DNA of 63,539 nucleotides, filler included, from Barthelona sp. PAP020 (Eukaryota): the NCBI GenBank assembly GCA_040182905.1. It is 3 parts of 3 records of this genome, joined end to end, with 100 filler letters (N's around TTAATTAATTAA, not from the genome) between each part and the next. Parts side by side here need not be neighbours in the genome. Positions count along the whole stretch, not along the records: positions 53,661 to 63,539 come from JARQWU010000187.1; 2 more parts are not named here. The stretch is one strand, 5' to 3'. How positions within the stretch are numbered: the first letter of the stretch is position 1; each line of letters begins with the position of its first letter. Below are positions 53,758 to 63,539 of this stretch, piece after piece. The notes under the pieces are model-generated. The model was not told where the DNA came from. It saw only the letters and a program-made list of their open reading frames with translations, and did no database searches. A program made the translations under genes and the position numbers.

Positions 53758-54078
53758 TGGTCCAGTTATGAAACAACTATATTTATTAACAAAGAAAGTA
53801 AACTCAGAAAACTCATTCTAGCAAATTTCAGTCAAAATCCCAAGAGGGGAATTGAGGGACTGAAATGTAATTGGAACGATCAAGTAGGAGAATTTCGGAG
53901 AAATTCTTCATTCCCATTCTTTTGAATTTTTGCAAAAGCAAAATTTTAAAGTTTGAACTATACCTTAGAAAATCTAAAGTTTTACAACAGATCAATCGGG
54001 CCTCGAAAGCCTTTAACCAAATAAACACTATTCTTTCTTATTCACTCATACGCACAGTGCTTCTTTGCTTGGAAATAA
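53757..54078 (-). repeat. F2 repeat, full length
   Basis: Reverse complement of the 45905-46227 consensus. Confidence 0.9.
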
Positions 54079-54152
54079 TGATTACAAAACAATCAATTTA
54101 AGAATCCAATAAGAAAATAAATAGGACTGATATGTTTATGGGATCGAAAATT

Positions 54153-54338
54153 ATGTGGAAGTTCATGCTCAATGAACGGAATTTGTTGGAGATATAAAAA
54201 GGTCATCAAATATCACTTCCATTATTTGTTGTTTCTTGACCATTTTTAGGTTTAATTTTTTAAGTTACTTGAGCATCTGAATCCACGTCAGTTTTTCCCA
54301 AACCTAAAGCTAACTCATACCTCATAAATATCTAACAA
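54153..54338 (-). mobile_element. F1 mini-element with an internal deletion
   Basis: Matches the F1 consensus; the palindrome is deleted between AACTC micro-repeats. Confidence 0.88.
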
Positions 54339-54673
54339 ACAAAATTTAATAAATCAACATCAATGGATTAACTCAATCTGCAACGACTCAAAAACGATCA
54401 ATTTAAAAATTGATTTCTCCTACAACAGACTTTTCTTTGGACCAAACAGTCCAAAAAAAAGGAAAAATTTTTAGGATTTTGATGTCCAAAAAACAATTGT
54501 TAGAAAAATCAACTATCAAAAAAAAAAAAAGAGAAGAGGGTGAAAGAAAGAGAATATGGAATATAAAATTCACTCACGCATCATGCATTGCATGCATTTA
54601 AAAATGAAAACATTTTTAAAATACTTTTGGAAAATACTTTGGAATAAGATTGAAAGATTGATTGATTTCAAGT

Positions 54674-57600
54674 TTATCGGTTTGGTGTGTTTAAACCCTG
54701 CATAATATCATCTGAAATAAATGAATTATCTTTCTTTATTGTTTTGAAAACTGGTTTTAAAGGTGTTTGAGCTCTATCATAGGAAAATTCTTTCTTATGA
54801 TTTCCACTAACTATCATTTGGTCATTTGTTTGTTGAGTGGAGTAAACACCTGGAAATTCCTCATTAACCAATTCAATCAAAACATTATTAAGTATTCTAC
54901 CACAGTGATTATAAGGTGTATCGGAGCTATTATAAGAGAAACAATTTCTAAAGATCAATTCACAATCATTCACAAACATGTCTACTGTTCGATAATAACT
55001 TGACACTTTTTCTCTTGATATGATAACAAAATCTTCAGGTTTAATATCAAGTTCGGCTATATCATACTGAGAAGAGTTGAATTGTTGAAACTGTTTAACC
55101 TTATAATCAACATCATTATTGTCAATCATGTGTCTGACAATTCTGATATTTTCAAAAGCATTCAAACGTTCTTTAATCAGCTTTAAGTCAATGGGATCAT
55201 TAACTTTCAAATAATAATCTTGTGCTTCAAAAATGGTAACAGGTTCTCTAAAAGGCCATGAGTATGGATGTTCATATAAACAATTCCAAATATAAAGGAA
55301 CTTTTCATATAAATTAGTTATTTGAATGAAAGATAAGCCCATTTCCTTTTCAGCAAAAGGTAATTCTCTGAATAGTTTAATGTCTTTGGGATAGACATCA
55401 TTCTTTGAATCAAATACCATTTTTTGTGGTTTAACTCGAACATATTCCATACGTTTAAAAAGTTGTTGCCATTGAAAATCAATTAATTGAGGAACTTTCA
55501 GATAATTGATTTCTTTGTATAAACGGCATTCCATCAACGTGGATTGTACATAATCTTTGATAACACCTACCCATTTAGGTAAATGTTCCTTGCTTAATTT
55601 TGTGGTAAAACCTTGTTTTCTGAAAAAATCGATCGCTGTATTATCTGCATATGTTAACAAAAACTTACAACCGATCTTCTTTGCGTATTCTTTAAGATGG
55701 TTCATCATTCTTGTTCCATATCCAGCTGTTTGAGTATCTTGATGAACACAAACAAATACAACTTCAACAAACTCTCTTTCGGGTTCTGGTCTAAAACATA
55801 TTCCTCCAACAACACGTTCTGATGCCACAGATTCAATAAAGTTTAATGTATCAATTCCAGGAACGACTTTAAGGGTTGTTTCGTTGACATTATTATCAGT
55901 TGAATTTGAATTACTGCCCGTTTTTACATCACAATATTTCTTGTTGGTGTCCCATGCAATAGTTTCGGTCATTTCATCAACCTCATCTTCAATATGAACC
56001 ATTTCCTTCTTGTTTCGTGTTTCTTTGATACTTTCTATTAATTCCGCATGTTTTTTTACCATGTTAGAATGTCTAACATCAGTAATACATACCAAAGTCA
56101 TATGATGTTTGTCAAAGATCTGTTTAGCAGAATATTCCAATGGCATTTTTGGTAATTGTTTCTTTAATACAATACGAAATCTGGATAATTGAACCATATT
56201 GTAATTCAACCGATCAATTGATAAAAAAGGGTCAATATTAATGGTTTCAAATCTTAAAATACCTTTTTCTTCCAATTGTTGCACAGCTCTGTCTTTTTCT
56301 AACATAGTATTTGGTTTCCTTCCACGTTGCTTTTTTATGAGCTCCTGAATTATTGAATTTCCTTGTTGAACAGATTGCACTTTTGTTTGAGTATCTAAAA
56401 TGCCTAAATTATTCTTTAAAACAAGAATATCATTCTCTTGAGTTATTAATTTTGCTTTATCAGGGGCTAAAATAAAGCCTTTTTCCAAATCAAATTCAAA
56501 TCCATTAGGATAAGGAGTATTCAAAGCTTTCATTATATCATTTGTTATTTGAACAGATGAATTCTTTAATTGATTGAAATCTGAAGCAATTAAAGAATCA
56601 ATAACTGGTGTAAGTATGAATAGCAAATATTTATAATTGAAAATATTGGCAAATGGTACTTTTCCTTGAAAATCTTTTCTCCTTTCCTTTGAAACAAAAT
56701 TTTTCCATTGCATGAAAGGTTTGAATATTTTTTCTTCGTAAAATTCAGGAAATTCATACATAATTTGATAGTTTGCTTCATTTTGTTTTTGTTTAATATG
56801 TATAAGAGGCGGTAGATCATATTCGCAAATCTTTCGTATAAAACTATCAATAAACCCACAAAAAGGTTCAATACGATATGTAGGAGCAAAGGAAAATAGA
56901 AATTCAGCTATACTAGGGCTTCCTCCATAAGGAATGTTGTTATCAAGTACAATATCACCTTTGTATTGATTTAATTCCAAAATTCGCTCAGTATTCATAT
57001 CCAACTTGGCTTTCAACTGGTCATAATGTACATTCTTTTGATTTTTGCTAAAATGATGCCGTGAAACTCTAGTTCTTACAACTTTAGAATTTTTCTTTGA
57101 TTTAGGGGGTCTTCCACGTTGTCTTTGTGTTTTTTTTGATGAAATACCAGTTGTATGTTGTTTATGAGTTGTCGTTTCATTTATTGTTATCATTTTGCTT
57201 TTTTGATTATTAACATTTGATTCTCCTTTGAAAAGTGAAGAAACAACCTTCCTATCTTGTGTAAAATTAGAAAACTTATCATGAGAAGGCAATGTTGAGA
57301 ATTGTTCGTCTTTAAATACATTACCTGGAATTATAGATGGGATCATAGATGGAACAGGTGAAGGAACTAATAAAGGTTGAACATTTTTAAAAGAATGTTG
57401 CAAATTTGAAAAATCTCCTGAAACAAATTGTTGAGACCTAGTCGGTAATTGATTTTGTTCCATAGAAATTGTAGCTTTATTATTTTTTTCGACCATTGAA
57501 CTGGCAAATTGAGACATTATTGGAAAATTTGATGGTGTTTTAGAATTTGTGTCAATTGGCCAAGCAATTGATGAAAAATCGTTTTGTTTGTGGTTTAATA

Positions 57601-57757
57601 TTGGCAAAGAACCTATTTTTGGTTCAAGTTTCGTGTTATTAAATGTTTGTTGTTCAGAGCTTGTTCGTACATTTGGTGCATTTGTGTTCATATGAATTTG
57701 ATATCCAACAGGTTTGTTTTCTGAAACAACTTTTGGTGGTGGTGGATAGAATTTCAT
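54674..57757 (-). CDS. GCN5: GCN5/PCAF histone acetyltransferase with bromodomain
   Basis: KQLPKMPLEY, VVGGICFR, GYGTRMMNHLK, LTYADN.A..FFRKQGF, IKDY motifs; bromodomain SWPFREPV..PIDL; AT-hook RGRP. Confidence 0.93.
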   Translation of the reverse strand: MKFYPPPPKVVSENKPVGYQIHMNTNAPNVRTSSEQQTFNNTKLEPKIGSLPILNHKQNDFSSIAWPIDTNSKTPSNFPIMSQFASSMVEKNNKATISMEQNQLPTRSQQFVSGDFSNLQHSFKNVQPLLVPSPVPSMIPSIIPGNVFKDEQFSTLPSHDKFSNFTQDRKVVSSLFKGESNVNNQKSKMITINETTTHKQHTTGISSKKTQRQRGRPPKSKKNSKVVRTRVSRHHFSKNQKNVHYDQLKAKLDMNTERILELNQYKGDIVLDNNIPYGGSPSIAEFLFSFAPTYRIEPFCGFIDSFIRKICEYDLPPLIHIKQKQNEANYQIMYEFPEFYEEKIFKPFMQWKNFVSKERRKDFQGKVPFANIFNYKYLLFILTPVIDSLIASDFNQLKNSSVQITNDIMKALNTPYPNGFEFDLEKGFILAPDKAKLITQENDILVLKNNLGILDTQTKVQSVQQGNSIIQELIKKQRGRKPNTMLEKDRAVQQLEEKGILRFETINIDPFLSIDRLNYNMVQLSRFRIVLKKQLPKMPLEYSAKQIFDKHHMTLVCITDVRHSNMVKKHAELIESIKETRNKKEMVHIEDEVDEMTETIAWDTNKKYCDVKTGSNSNSTDNNVNETTLKVVPGIDTLNFIESVASERVVGGICFRPEPEREFVEVVFVCVHQDTQTAGYGTRMMNHLKEYAKKIGCKFLLTYADNTAIDFFRKQGFTTKLSKEHLPKWVGVIKDYVQSTLMECRLYKEINYLKVPQLIDFQWQQLFKRMEYVRVKPQKMVFDSKNDVYPKDIKLFRELPFAEKEMGLSFIQITNLYEKFLYIWNCLYEHPYSWPFREPVTIFEAQDYYLKVNDPIDLKLIKERLNAFENIRIVRHMIDNNDVDYKVKQFQQFNSSQYDIAELDIKPEDFVIISREKVSSYYRTVDMFVNDCELIFRNCFSYNSSDTPYNHCGRILNNVLIELVNEEFPGVYSTQQTNDQMIVSGNHKKEFSYDRAQTPLKPVFKTIKKDNSFISDDIMQGLNTPNR

Positions 57758-58233
57758 TGAAATCAATGAAAAAAAAAGTGTGAAGGAGATTTAAATGGTC
57801 TTTTTTATGAAACAACACGAGTCCTATTGAAGGATGCAGGAAATTTATCAAGAAAAAGAAGTCTAAAACAAAATAGAAAAGAAAAAGGAAAAAAAAATTT
57901 GGTATCGTTTTACAAGTCCTTTTAGTTATAAATGATTTCTGTATTGATAATGTCTTTAATATATTTTAGTGATGCTCTTTTGCACAAAACGTTTTTTTTT
58001 TTCAAAGAAAGTTAATTTATTTGATTAAGAGACAAGCCACCAATGTTTTGAAATGAATGTCGTCCTTAAAAGACTGAAGAAGTATGAGTTAATAAAGTTT
58101 ATCATCTTTTTCCTTTTTCTTCATTCAAAAGAACTATCTAAAATATTGTTGGGATATATTTGTCTTGCAATAAACTAGTGTTTGAACTTTTCTTTCAATT
58201 TATTTTTTTTTTGTTGATTGAATTGAACAGTAA

Positions 58234-60894
58234 ATGCAATCATTTATTGTGAGAGCTCATGAGATTATCAATGAAACAAAACCGATAGGTTATCATTTAC
58301 TTCAACAGGAAAATGGCCTTTTGTTTGCAAATGAAGATTTTTCGACTATTTCAGTTTTTAACAAAAACATTGAAACAATACAAGATTTTAATATGGATGT
58401 TGATTTACCTTTTCAATTTAAAGTTTTTGAACATGAGATTCTTATTCAGTTTTCCGATAAACACACTTTAACTATAAATAACGATACAAATTTTCAGATA
58501 CAGATGAGTTTTGATCGAACAAATGTGGGTGTTTTAGTTGAATCTAACCTTTATTGTTACAATAGTGAAGAAGATGAAATATATGAAAAAGTGTTGAATG
58601 ATATTCCTTTGCATTTTTGTTTTAGAAATGGGGCTGTGCCTTGTATTACTTTTTTATTTGATGATAGATGTGAGTTTTTAGAAATTACTATGCAAAAATT
58701 GCATTCTGAAATTTTTTTTGATAATCTTTCAGAGGAAATTGGATATTGCTCTTGGAATGAGCAGGGAGAATTCTTGGCCATATGTAATTCTCAAACTGTA
58801 AAGATCTATTATTTTGCAAATTGGCAATTTGAATTTCAGTGTTGTTTTTCACACTTTTTCGATGATAATATTGTTGATTTTAGTTTTTTATCTCATCAAA
58901 TAATAATCTTTGGTGCCAAAGAGAGTAAAATTATTCATTTTTCAATAGATGCAGTTGCAACTGTTGGTTATAATGATTTACCTGGTCTTTGTTGTCGTTT
59001 AAATGATTCACGCCTTTTGTTTACGAGCACAAAAAAATTAAGACCACCACCAATGTCATCTTTTTTTTTTGAATTAGAAAGCACACCCATAAATGCTCCA
59101 AGTTTGAGAATATGTGGAGAAGATCATTGGGAAATCAAAGTTGAACATGAGGATAGAAATGATATCTTCAAAATATTTGGGGATGAAAGTTTTGAAAAGA
59201 CTGAAAGTTTGGAACCCTTCAACAATTACTCTTATTATGGGACAGAAACGCTTAAAAAAGTTGGTAATTTTCATTTGAATACTTTGAATCAATTATTTTT
59301 TGAGAAAAAGTTTATTGTTGATAGTGTTACATCTATTCTACGGTCTTCTCATGAAAAAATTCTGCTTGTGACTCAAAAAACCAACTTGCTATTCATTGAT
59401 TATTTGAGCGGTGATATTGTTTTTGAACGAATGATTGAAAAGGGAGCACGTTTGATTACATCAACGGAAGAAGGCATATTATTATTGATGCCCAGAGGTA
59501 ATTTTGAAATGATATATCCTAGAATGTTTACTTTAACTTTTTTGAATAAACTTTGGATGAAAACGGATGAAAACATGTCAGAAGCATTTATTTTTGCTCG
59601 TAGGCATAGAATTTCACCCAATTTTTTTATAGACATAAATCCCAAGAAATTTCAAAAGAATTTACCCGCCTTTTTAAAGGTTGTGGATTTTGATTATTTT
59701 TTGTTTATTTTAGGGAGTTTAAAAAATGAAAATTCTTTATTAACTTCATCAGAAGCTCTATTGTTAATTGAACCAAATAATGAGGATTTTAATTTTGATG
59801 AAAAACGTATTATTGTAGCAAATTGGACATATGATGCTACAGATGATTTAATATTAAAATTGATCTGTTGTTCTATGAATTTACCTGCTTGGGATAAAGA
59901 ATTTGTTAAGATTCTTTCAGAATTGAGAGCAATTGATGATGGAAATTCAAAAATGGCTTTAAAAGGATTAGATTACGTATGTCAAGGCTTTTCTAATGCT
60001 AAACAATGTTTTGCAAGTTGTTTGCATGAAAAAAATTTTGAGTTAGCTTCATTTGTTGGTAGTTCGAGTCAATTTGATCCACAATGGTATGAAAATGTTT
60101 TTAGTTTAATTAATAATGAAAAAGAAGAATGGAAAATGATGTTTAAAATTCATGATGAATTAGATGAACATGATGCTGTTATCAATATTATGGTACAACA
60201 TATTGATGAACAGAACGTTAGTGAAATCATTGAATATGCTGAAAGGTGGGATCTTATCGAACATTTGATGCTTCAAACTATGCTTATTATCACTATGGAA
60301 GGAACTAATGATAAAAATATTGAATTATTCAAGTTGATATTGGAAAAGAAAAAGGAGTTCAAGAGATTGTTTTCAATTGATGAAATGAATGACAGTGTTG
60401 ATGATGATTCATTCACACCTGATTATAGCAAGTGGATAAAGTTTACTAAAAAGACATTGAAAAGATTTGTTGAAACTTCTAAAGCCCAAAAAGCTTTTGC
60501 TATTAGTGATAAATCACTCAGATCAAAAAAACAAGCAACTAGTTTAGCTACCAGATGGGAATCTTGTTTCAACGATTGGGAACTGATTTGTTCTGAAATT
60601 TCTCATTGGTTTGATGTGCAAATATTTAGAAAAGTTTCAAAACTTTTGGAAGAATTTAATTTCATTGATGCTTACACAATCTTAAACAATGCAGAGTTGT
60701 TTTTGGAAGAAGTTGCGACAATTGAAGACAGTTCATTGCTGTTCGCTTCTTCAAAACAAAGCAGAGTTTTTTCAAACCCTGAAAATTTTCATATTTTTCA
60801 AAAATTTGTTCTTATTCCATCGTATGGAAAGTTTGAACAATTTTCAATTCTTAAAAAATTTTATTCTCTCGTGAATTTGGAATCTAATGAATAA
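58234..60894 (+). CDS. ELP1: Elongator complex subunit 1 (IKI3)
   Basis: R.IEKGARLI, LMPRGNFEMIYPR and ARRHRI..N motifs. Confidence 0.85.
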   Translation: MQSFIVRAHEIINETKPIGYHLLQQENGLLFANEDFSTISVFNKNIETIQDFNMDVDLPFQFKVFEHEILIQFSDKHTLTINNDTNFQIQMSFDRTNVGVLVESNLYCYNSEEDEIYEKVLNDIPLHFCFRNGAVPCITFLFDDRCEFLEITMQKLHSEIFFDNLSEEIGYCSWNEQGEFLAICNSQTVKIYYFANWQFEFQCCFSHFFDDNIVDFSFLSHQIIIFGAKESKIIHFSIDAVATVGYNDLPGLCCRLNDSRLLFTSTKKLRPPPMSSFFFELESTPINAPSLRICGEDHWEIKVEHEDRNDIFKIFGDESFEKTESLEPFNNYSYYGTETLKKVGNFHLNTLNQLFFEKKFIVDSVTSILRSSHEKILLVTQKTNLLFIDYLSGDIVFERMIEKGARLITSTEEGILLLMPRGNFEMIYPRMFTLTFLNKLWMKTDENMSEAFIFARRHRISPNFFIDINPKKFQKNLPAFLKVVDFDYFLFILGSLKNENSLLTSSEALLLIEPNNEDFNFDEKRIIVANWTYDATDDLILKLICCSMNLPAWDKEFVKILSELRAIDDGNSKMALKGLDYVCQGFSNAKQCFASCLHEKNFELASFVGSSSQFDPQWYENVFSLINNEKEEWKMMFKIHDELDEHDAVINIMVQHIDEQNVSEIIEYAERWDLIEHLMLQTMLIITMEGTNDKNIELFKLILEKKKEFKRLFSIDEMNDSVDDDSFTPDYSKWIKFTKKTLKRFVETSKAQKAFAISDKSLRSKKQATSLATRWESCFNDWELICSEISHWFDVQIFRKVSKLLEEFNFIDAYTILNNAELFLEEVATIEDSSLLFASSKQSRVFSNPENFHIFQKFVLIPSYGKFEQFSILKKFYSLVNLESNE

Positions 60895-61204
60895 ATTGCT
60901 TTGAATAATTTTTTTAAGTCGTTTATTAAACGCTTTACCAAATAAAATTTGACTTTTTTTGTTATATGGAACTTACAAAAATTTTATTGTCCTCATTTTG
61001 TTTGTTTCAGTGCTAAAGACAGGAATAATGGTAATCAATCAATTTTATTTAGTTGAGTTGAAAATCACATTTTTGGGAAGGTTTTTTCAAATTTGATGAA
61101 AAAAGACAAAATTCTCTTTTTTTCTCTTTTCATTTTGGGAACTTATTATGGTATTTTTATAACAAAATCATGACTAATATTGAAAGAATTTTGAGTTGCA
61201 AAAA

Positions 61205-62917
61205 ATGTGTGAGATTGTCAAAGAATCCGATAAATCCACGGTAGAATCTAATTTAACCAAATTATGTGATGAAATGGAGTTAAAGAAAATATCCTATGAT
61301 GTGTTAGTTGATGTTGATATGGTTGTTACCTTGATAAATTGTGTTGGATATGGAATAGAAGAAATAACATATTTGGTTTTGGTTATTTTAGGGCGGATTT
61401 TTACTGGAAATGATGAAAATATTGCAGATTCTATCAAGTCTGAATATGTTTTAGTGTTAAATACGATGTTACATGATAATAAACTGTCAATTGAAACCAA
61501 AAAAGTTGTTATTTCAAACTTTGCCAATATAAGTGATAATGAAAAATATCAAAGAATTATTTTAAAGGATGATGTATTGTTTTCGTTGATTTCTTTCGTT
61601 TCAAATATTGAAGAGTTATCTAAAGAATTAGTTACACAGACATTAAGTATCATTAAAAGGTGTGTTCATCATCTTGTTTCTTATGCTGAAATTGAACTGG
61701 CCTTTAAAAAATTGGTTCCAAAATTTAATAAATGGAATGATGGAAGGCTGATTGTTATACAAGGTATTTTTGAAGTCTTGGTTCAGAGGATAATGAAAAT
61801 TAATAAGCAACTTAAAATATTGCTTTCAGAACATTTCATTGAGAGGATTTTGCGACTTTGTGAGCAATTCAGCACTGGTTTTTTAAATGCTAGGGAAGAA
61901 TCGCAAAAAGAGTTTCATGATTTGTTAATTGCAAATTTGAGATTTGCTTCCAATTTATATCTGTACGCTTTGGAACTAAAGATGGATTCAAGTCCTGTAT
62001 TGAATGGTTTTTTTGAGAAGAAAATAATAAACACGCTTAATACACTACTTATTCATCCAAAATTTGAGATGCGAACGGTAATCTTATGGTATTTGTGTAA
62101 TTTATGTGTTTCTATAAGAGGCATTGAAGTGCTAATGACCGAAAATGTGCTTGAAAATGTTCTTTCTCTCTTATGTTGTGATAATTATAATTTGCAGTAT
62201 GGATCAATGTTTCTCATTTTAAATATGTGTTCTCTTGAGCCTATGACAGTTATTCCATATTTGGTTGATAAAGGTATCATACCAATATTGGAAGATTTAT
62301 TGAGAATTCAGAATGACATTTTAGTTCGGGATATTTTGATGTGTATTGAGGATATACTCAATTGTGGGTTCAATTTGTTTGGTGATGAAGAATGTAAATA
62401 TGTAATGTACATGGTAAACGCTGGTGTATATGATAGAATTGTTGAAATAGAAGAGTCTAGCACTGATACTGGAATAAAAGAGTTGTGTATGGAATATTTG
62501 GATCTATTTTTTTATGAAGACGTTGTTAATGACCCTGAAATTAATAATGTTGAGGTTCCATATCATAAAACAAGTAATCTAAAGTATGAGATAGAGATGA
62601 AAATGGAGGATGAGACGGATGAAAATATTTTAAAAATTCTCAAATATTTGGACGAGAGAATTTGCTTTTATGATGAAAGAGAGTTGATCAAGTTTTCAAA
62701 ACCTAACGGAAATGTATTGGGTGTATTATATGAATTAAAGTGGGATAAAAATGTTATTAGACGTTTGGTGAGCAAAGGAATTTTCATGAATCAAAAGGAG
62801 TTGAGTGTCATTAGTGACTTTTGTTGGGATCTTGTTGACCTAAATTCATCTAGTGGGGGAAATATGAAAACTTTTATGAAAGAGATTGATGATAATGTGG
62901 ATAGTGATGACGATTGA
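61205..62917 (+). CDS. Divergent importin-alpha-like ARM-repeat protein with an extra C-terminal domain
   Basis: ARM-type repeats (WYLCNL, LVDKGII..L.DLL); GVYDRIVEIE...IKELC...LDLFF resembles the importin-alpha C-terminus; start uncertain. Confidence 0.6.
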   Translation: MCEIVKESDKSTVESNLTKLCDEMELKKISYDVLVDVDMVVTLINCVGYGIEEITYLVLVILGRIFTGNDENIADSIKSEYVLVLNTMLHDNKLSIETKKVVISNFANISDNEKYQRIILKDDVLFSLISFVSNIEELSKELVTQTLSIIKRCVHHLVSYAEIELAFKKLVPKFNKWNDGRLIVIQGIFEVLVQRIMKINKQLKILLSEHFIERILRLCEQFSTGFLNAREESQKEFHDLLIANLRFASNLYLYALELKMDSSPVLNGFFEKKIINTLNTLLIHPKFEMRTVILWYLCNLCVSIRGIEVLMTENVLENVLSLLCCDNYNLQYGSMFLILNMCSLEPMTVIPYLVDKGIIPILEDLLRIQNDILVRDILMCIEDILNCGFNLFGDEECKYVMYMVNAGVYDRIVEIEESSTDTGIKELCMEYLDLFFYEDVVNDPEINNVEVPYHKTSNLKYEIEMKMEDETDENILKILKYLDERICFYDERELIKFSKPNGNVLGVLYELKWDKNVIRRLVSKGIFMNQKELSVISDFCWDLVDLNSSSGGNMKTFMKEIDDNVDSDDD

Positions 62918-63248
62918 TTTTTTTCTCTTTTGAAATAAATTTTTTAGTGTTTTTTTACTTTTTTACAAATTTAATTTTTTTTTTTTTTTTTGTATTGACC
63001 CATGTAGGGAGATGAGAAAGTGATGAATTTATCGACAGAGAGTATTGTCGGAGATTGAATACTTTTAGAATGAGAAAGCTATAAAGTGATCCAATTCAAC
63101 ATTCATGGAATGGAAAGTCATCATTGATGTTTTGTCCACTTTGTGTTCATCTATTCTTAAACTTTCCAATTGAAGTATGTCTTGCAGCACCTATCCTTGT
63201 GTTCATTACAGATTATGAAAATATTCAGAAAATCTTTTAACTTTATTT

Positions 63249-63539
63249 CTATTTCAAACCGAGAAGCACTGCGCGTATGAGTGAATAAAAGAGAATAGTG
63301 TTTATTTGGTTAAAAGCTTTCGAGGTCCGATTGATCTGTTGAAAAGCTTTAGATTTTCTAAAGTTAAGTTCAAACTTCAAAATTTTGCTTATGCAAAAAT
63401 ACAAAAAAATAGGAATGAAGAATTTCTCTGAAATTCTGCTGCTTGATCGTTCCAAATACATTTCTGTCCCTCAATTCCCCTCCTGAGATTATGACTGAAA
63501 TTTGCTGGAATAAGTTTTCTGAGTTTAGTTTCTTTGTTT
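63249..63539 (+). repeat. F2 repeat running off the window
   Basis: ATTTCAAACCGAGAAGCACTGCGCGTATGAGTGAATA... colinear with the other F2 copies. Confidence 0.88.

Noticed and set aside
1..63539. CRISPR array, retron, DGR, tRNA or rRNA genes
   Set aside because: No regularly spaced repeat-spacer array or RNA gene seen; the RT is DIRS/LTR-class with RNase H, not a bacterial class

Overview
AT-rich, gene-dense, intron-poor nuclear DNA of a flagellated protist (TMEM231, AHI1 and BBOF1-like ciliary genes; standard genetic code; two short spliceosomal introns with the branch point just before the 3' splice site). Most of the window is housekeeping genes. The main finding is a 3.85-kb tyrosine-recombinase (YR) retroelement at 41888-45741. 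It has one uninterrupted 1191-aa ORF (Gag-like region, DIRS-type RT, RNase H, and a phage/Xer-type YR) and no LTRs or terminal inverted repeats. Five solo copies or fragments of a ~210-bp mini-element built from its two ends (family F1) are scattered through the window. A second ~320-bp hairpin-rich family (F2, 7 copies or fragments) starts with the same TTATT core and clusters with F1. Other observations: a bacterial-type NahK/APH-family kinase, a kinase-WD40 gene in a repeat-flanked island, and a decayed paralog fragment. Two 100-bp N blocks containing TTAATTAATTAA are artificial contig joins. All calls come from reading motifs by eye; no database searches were run.
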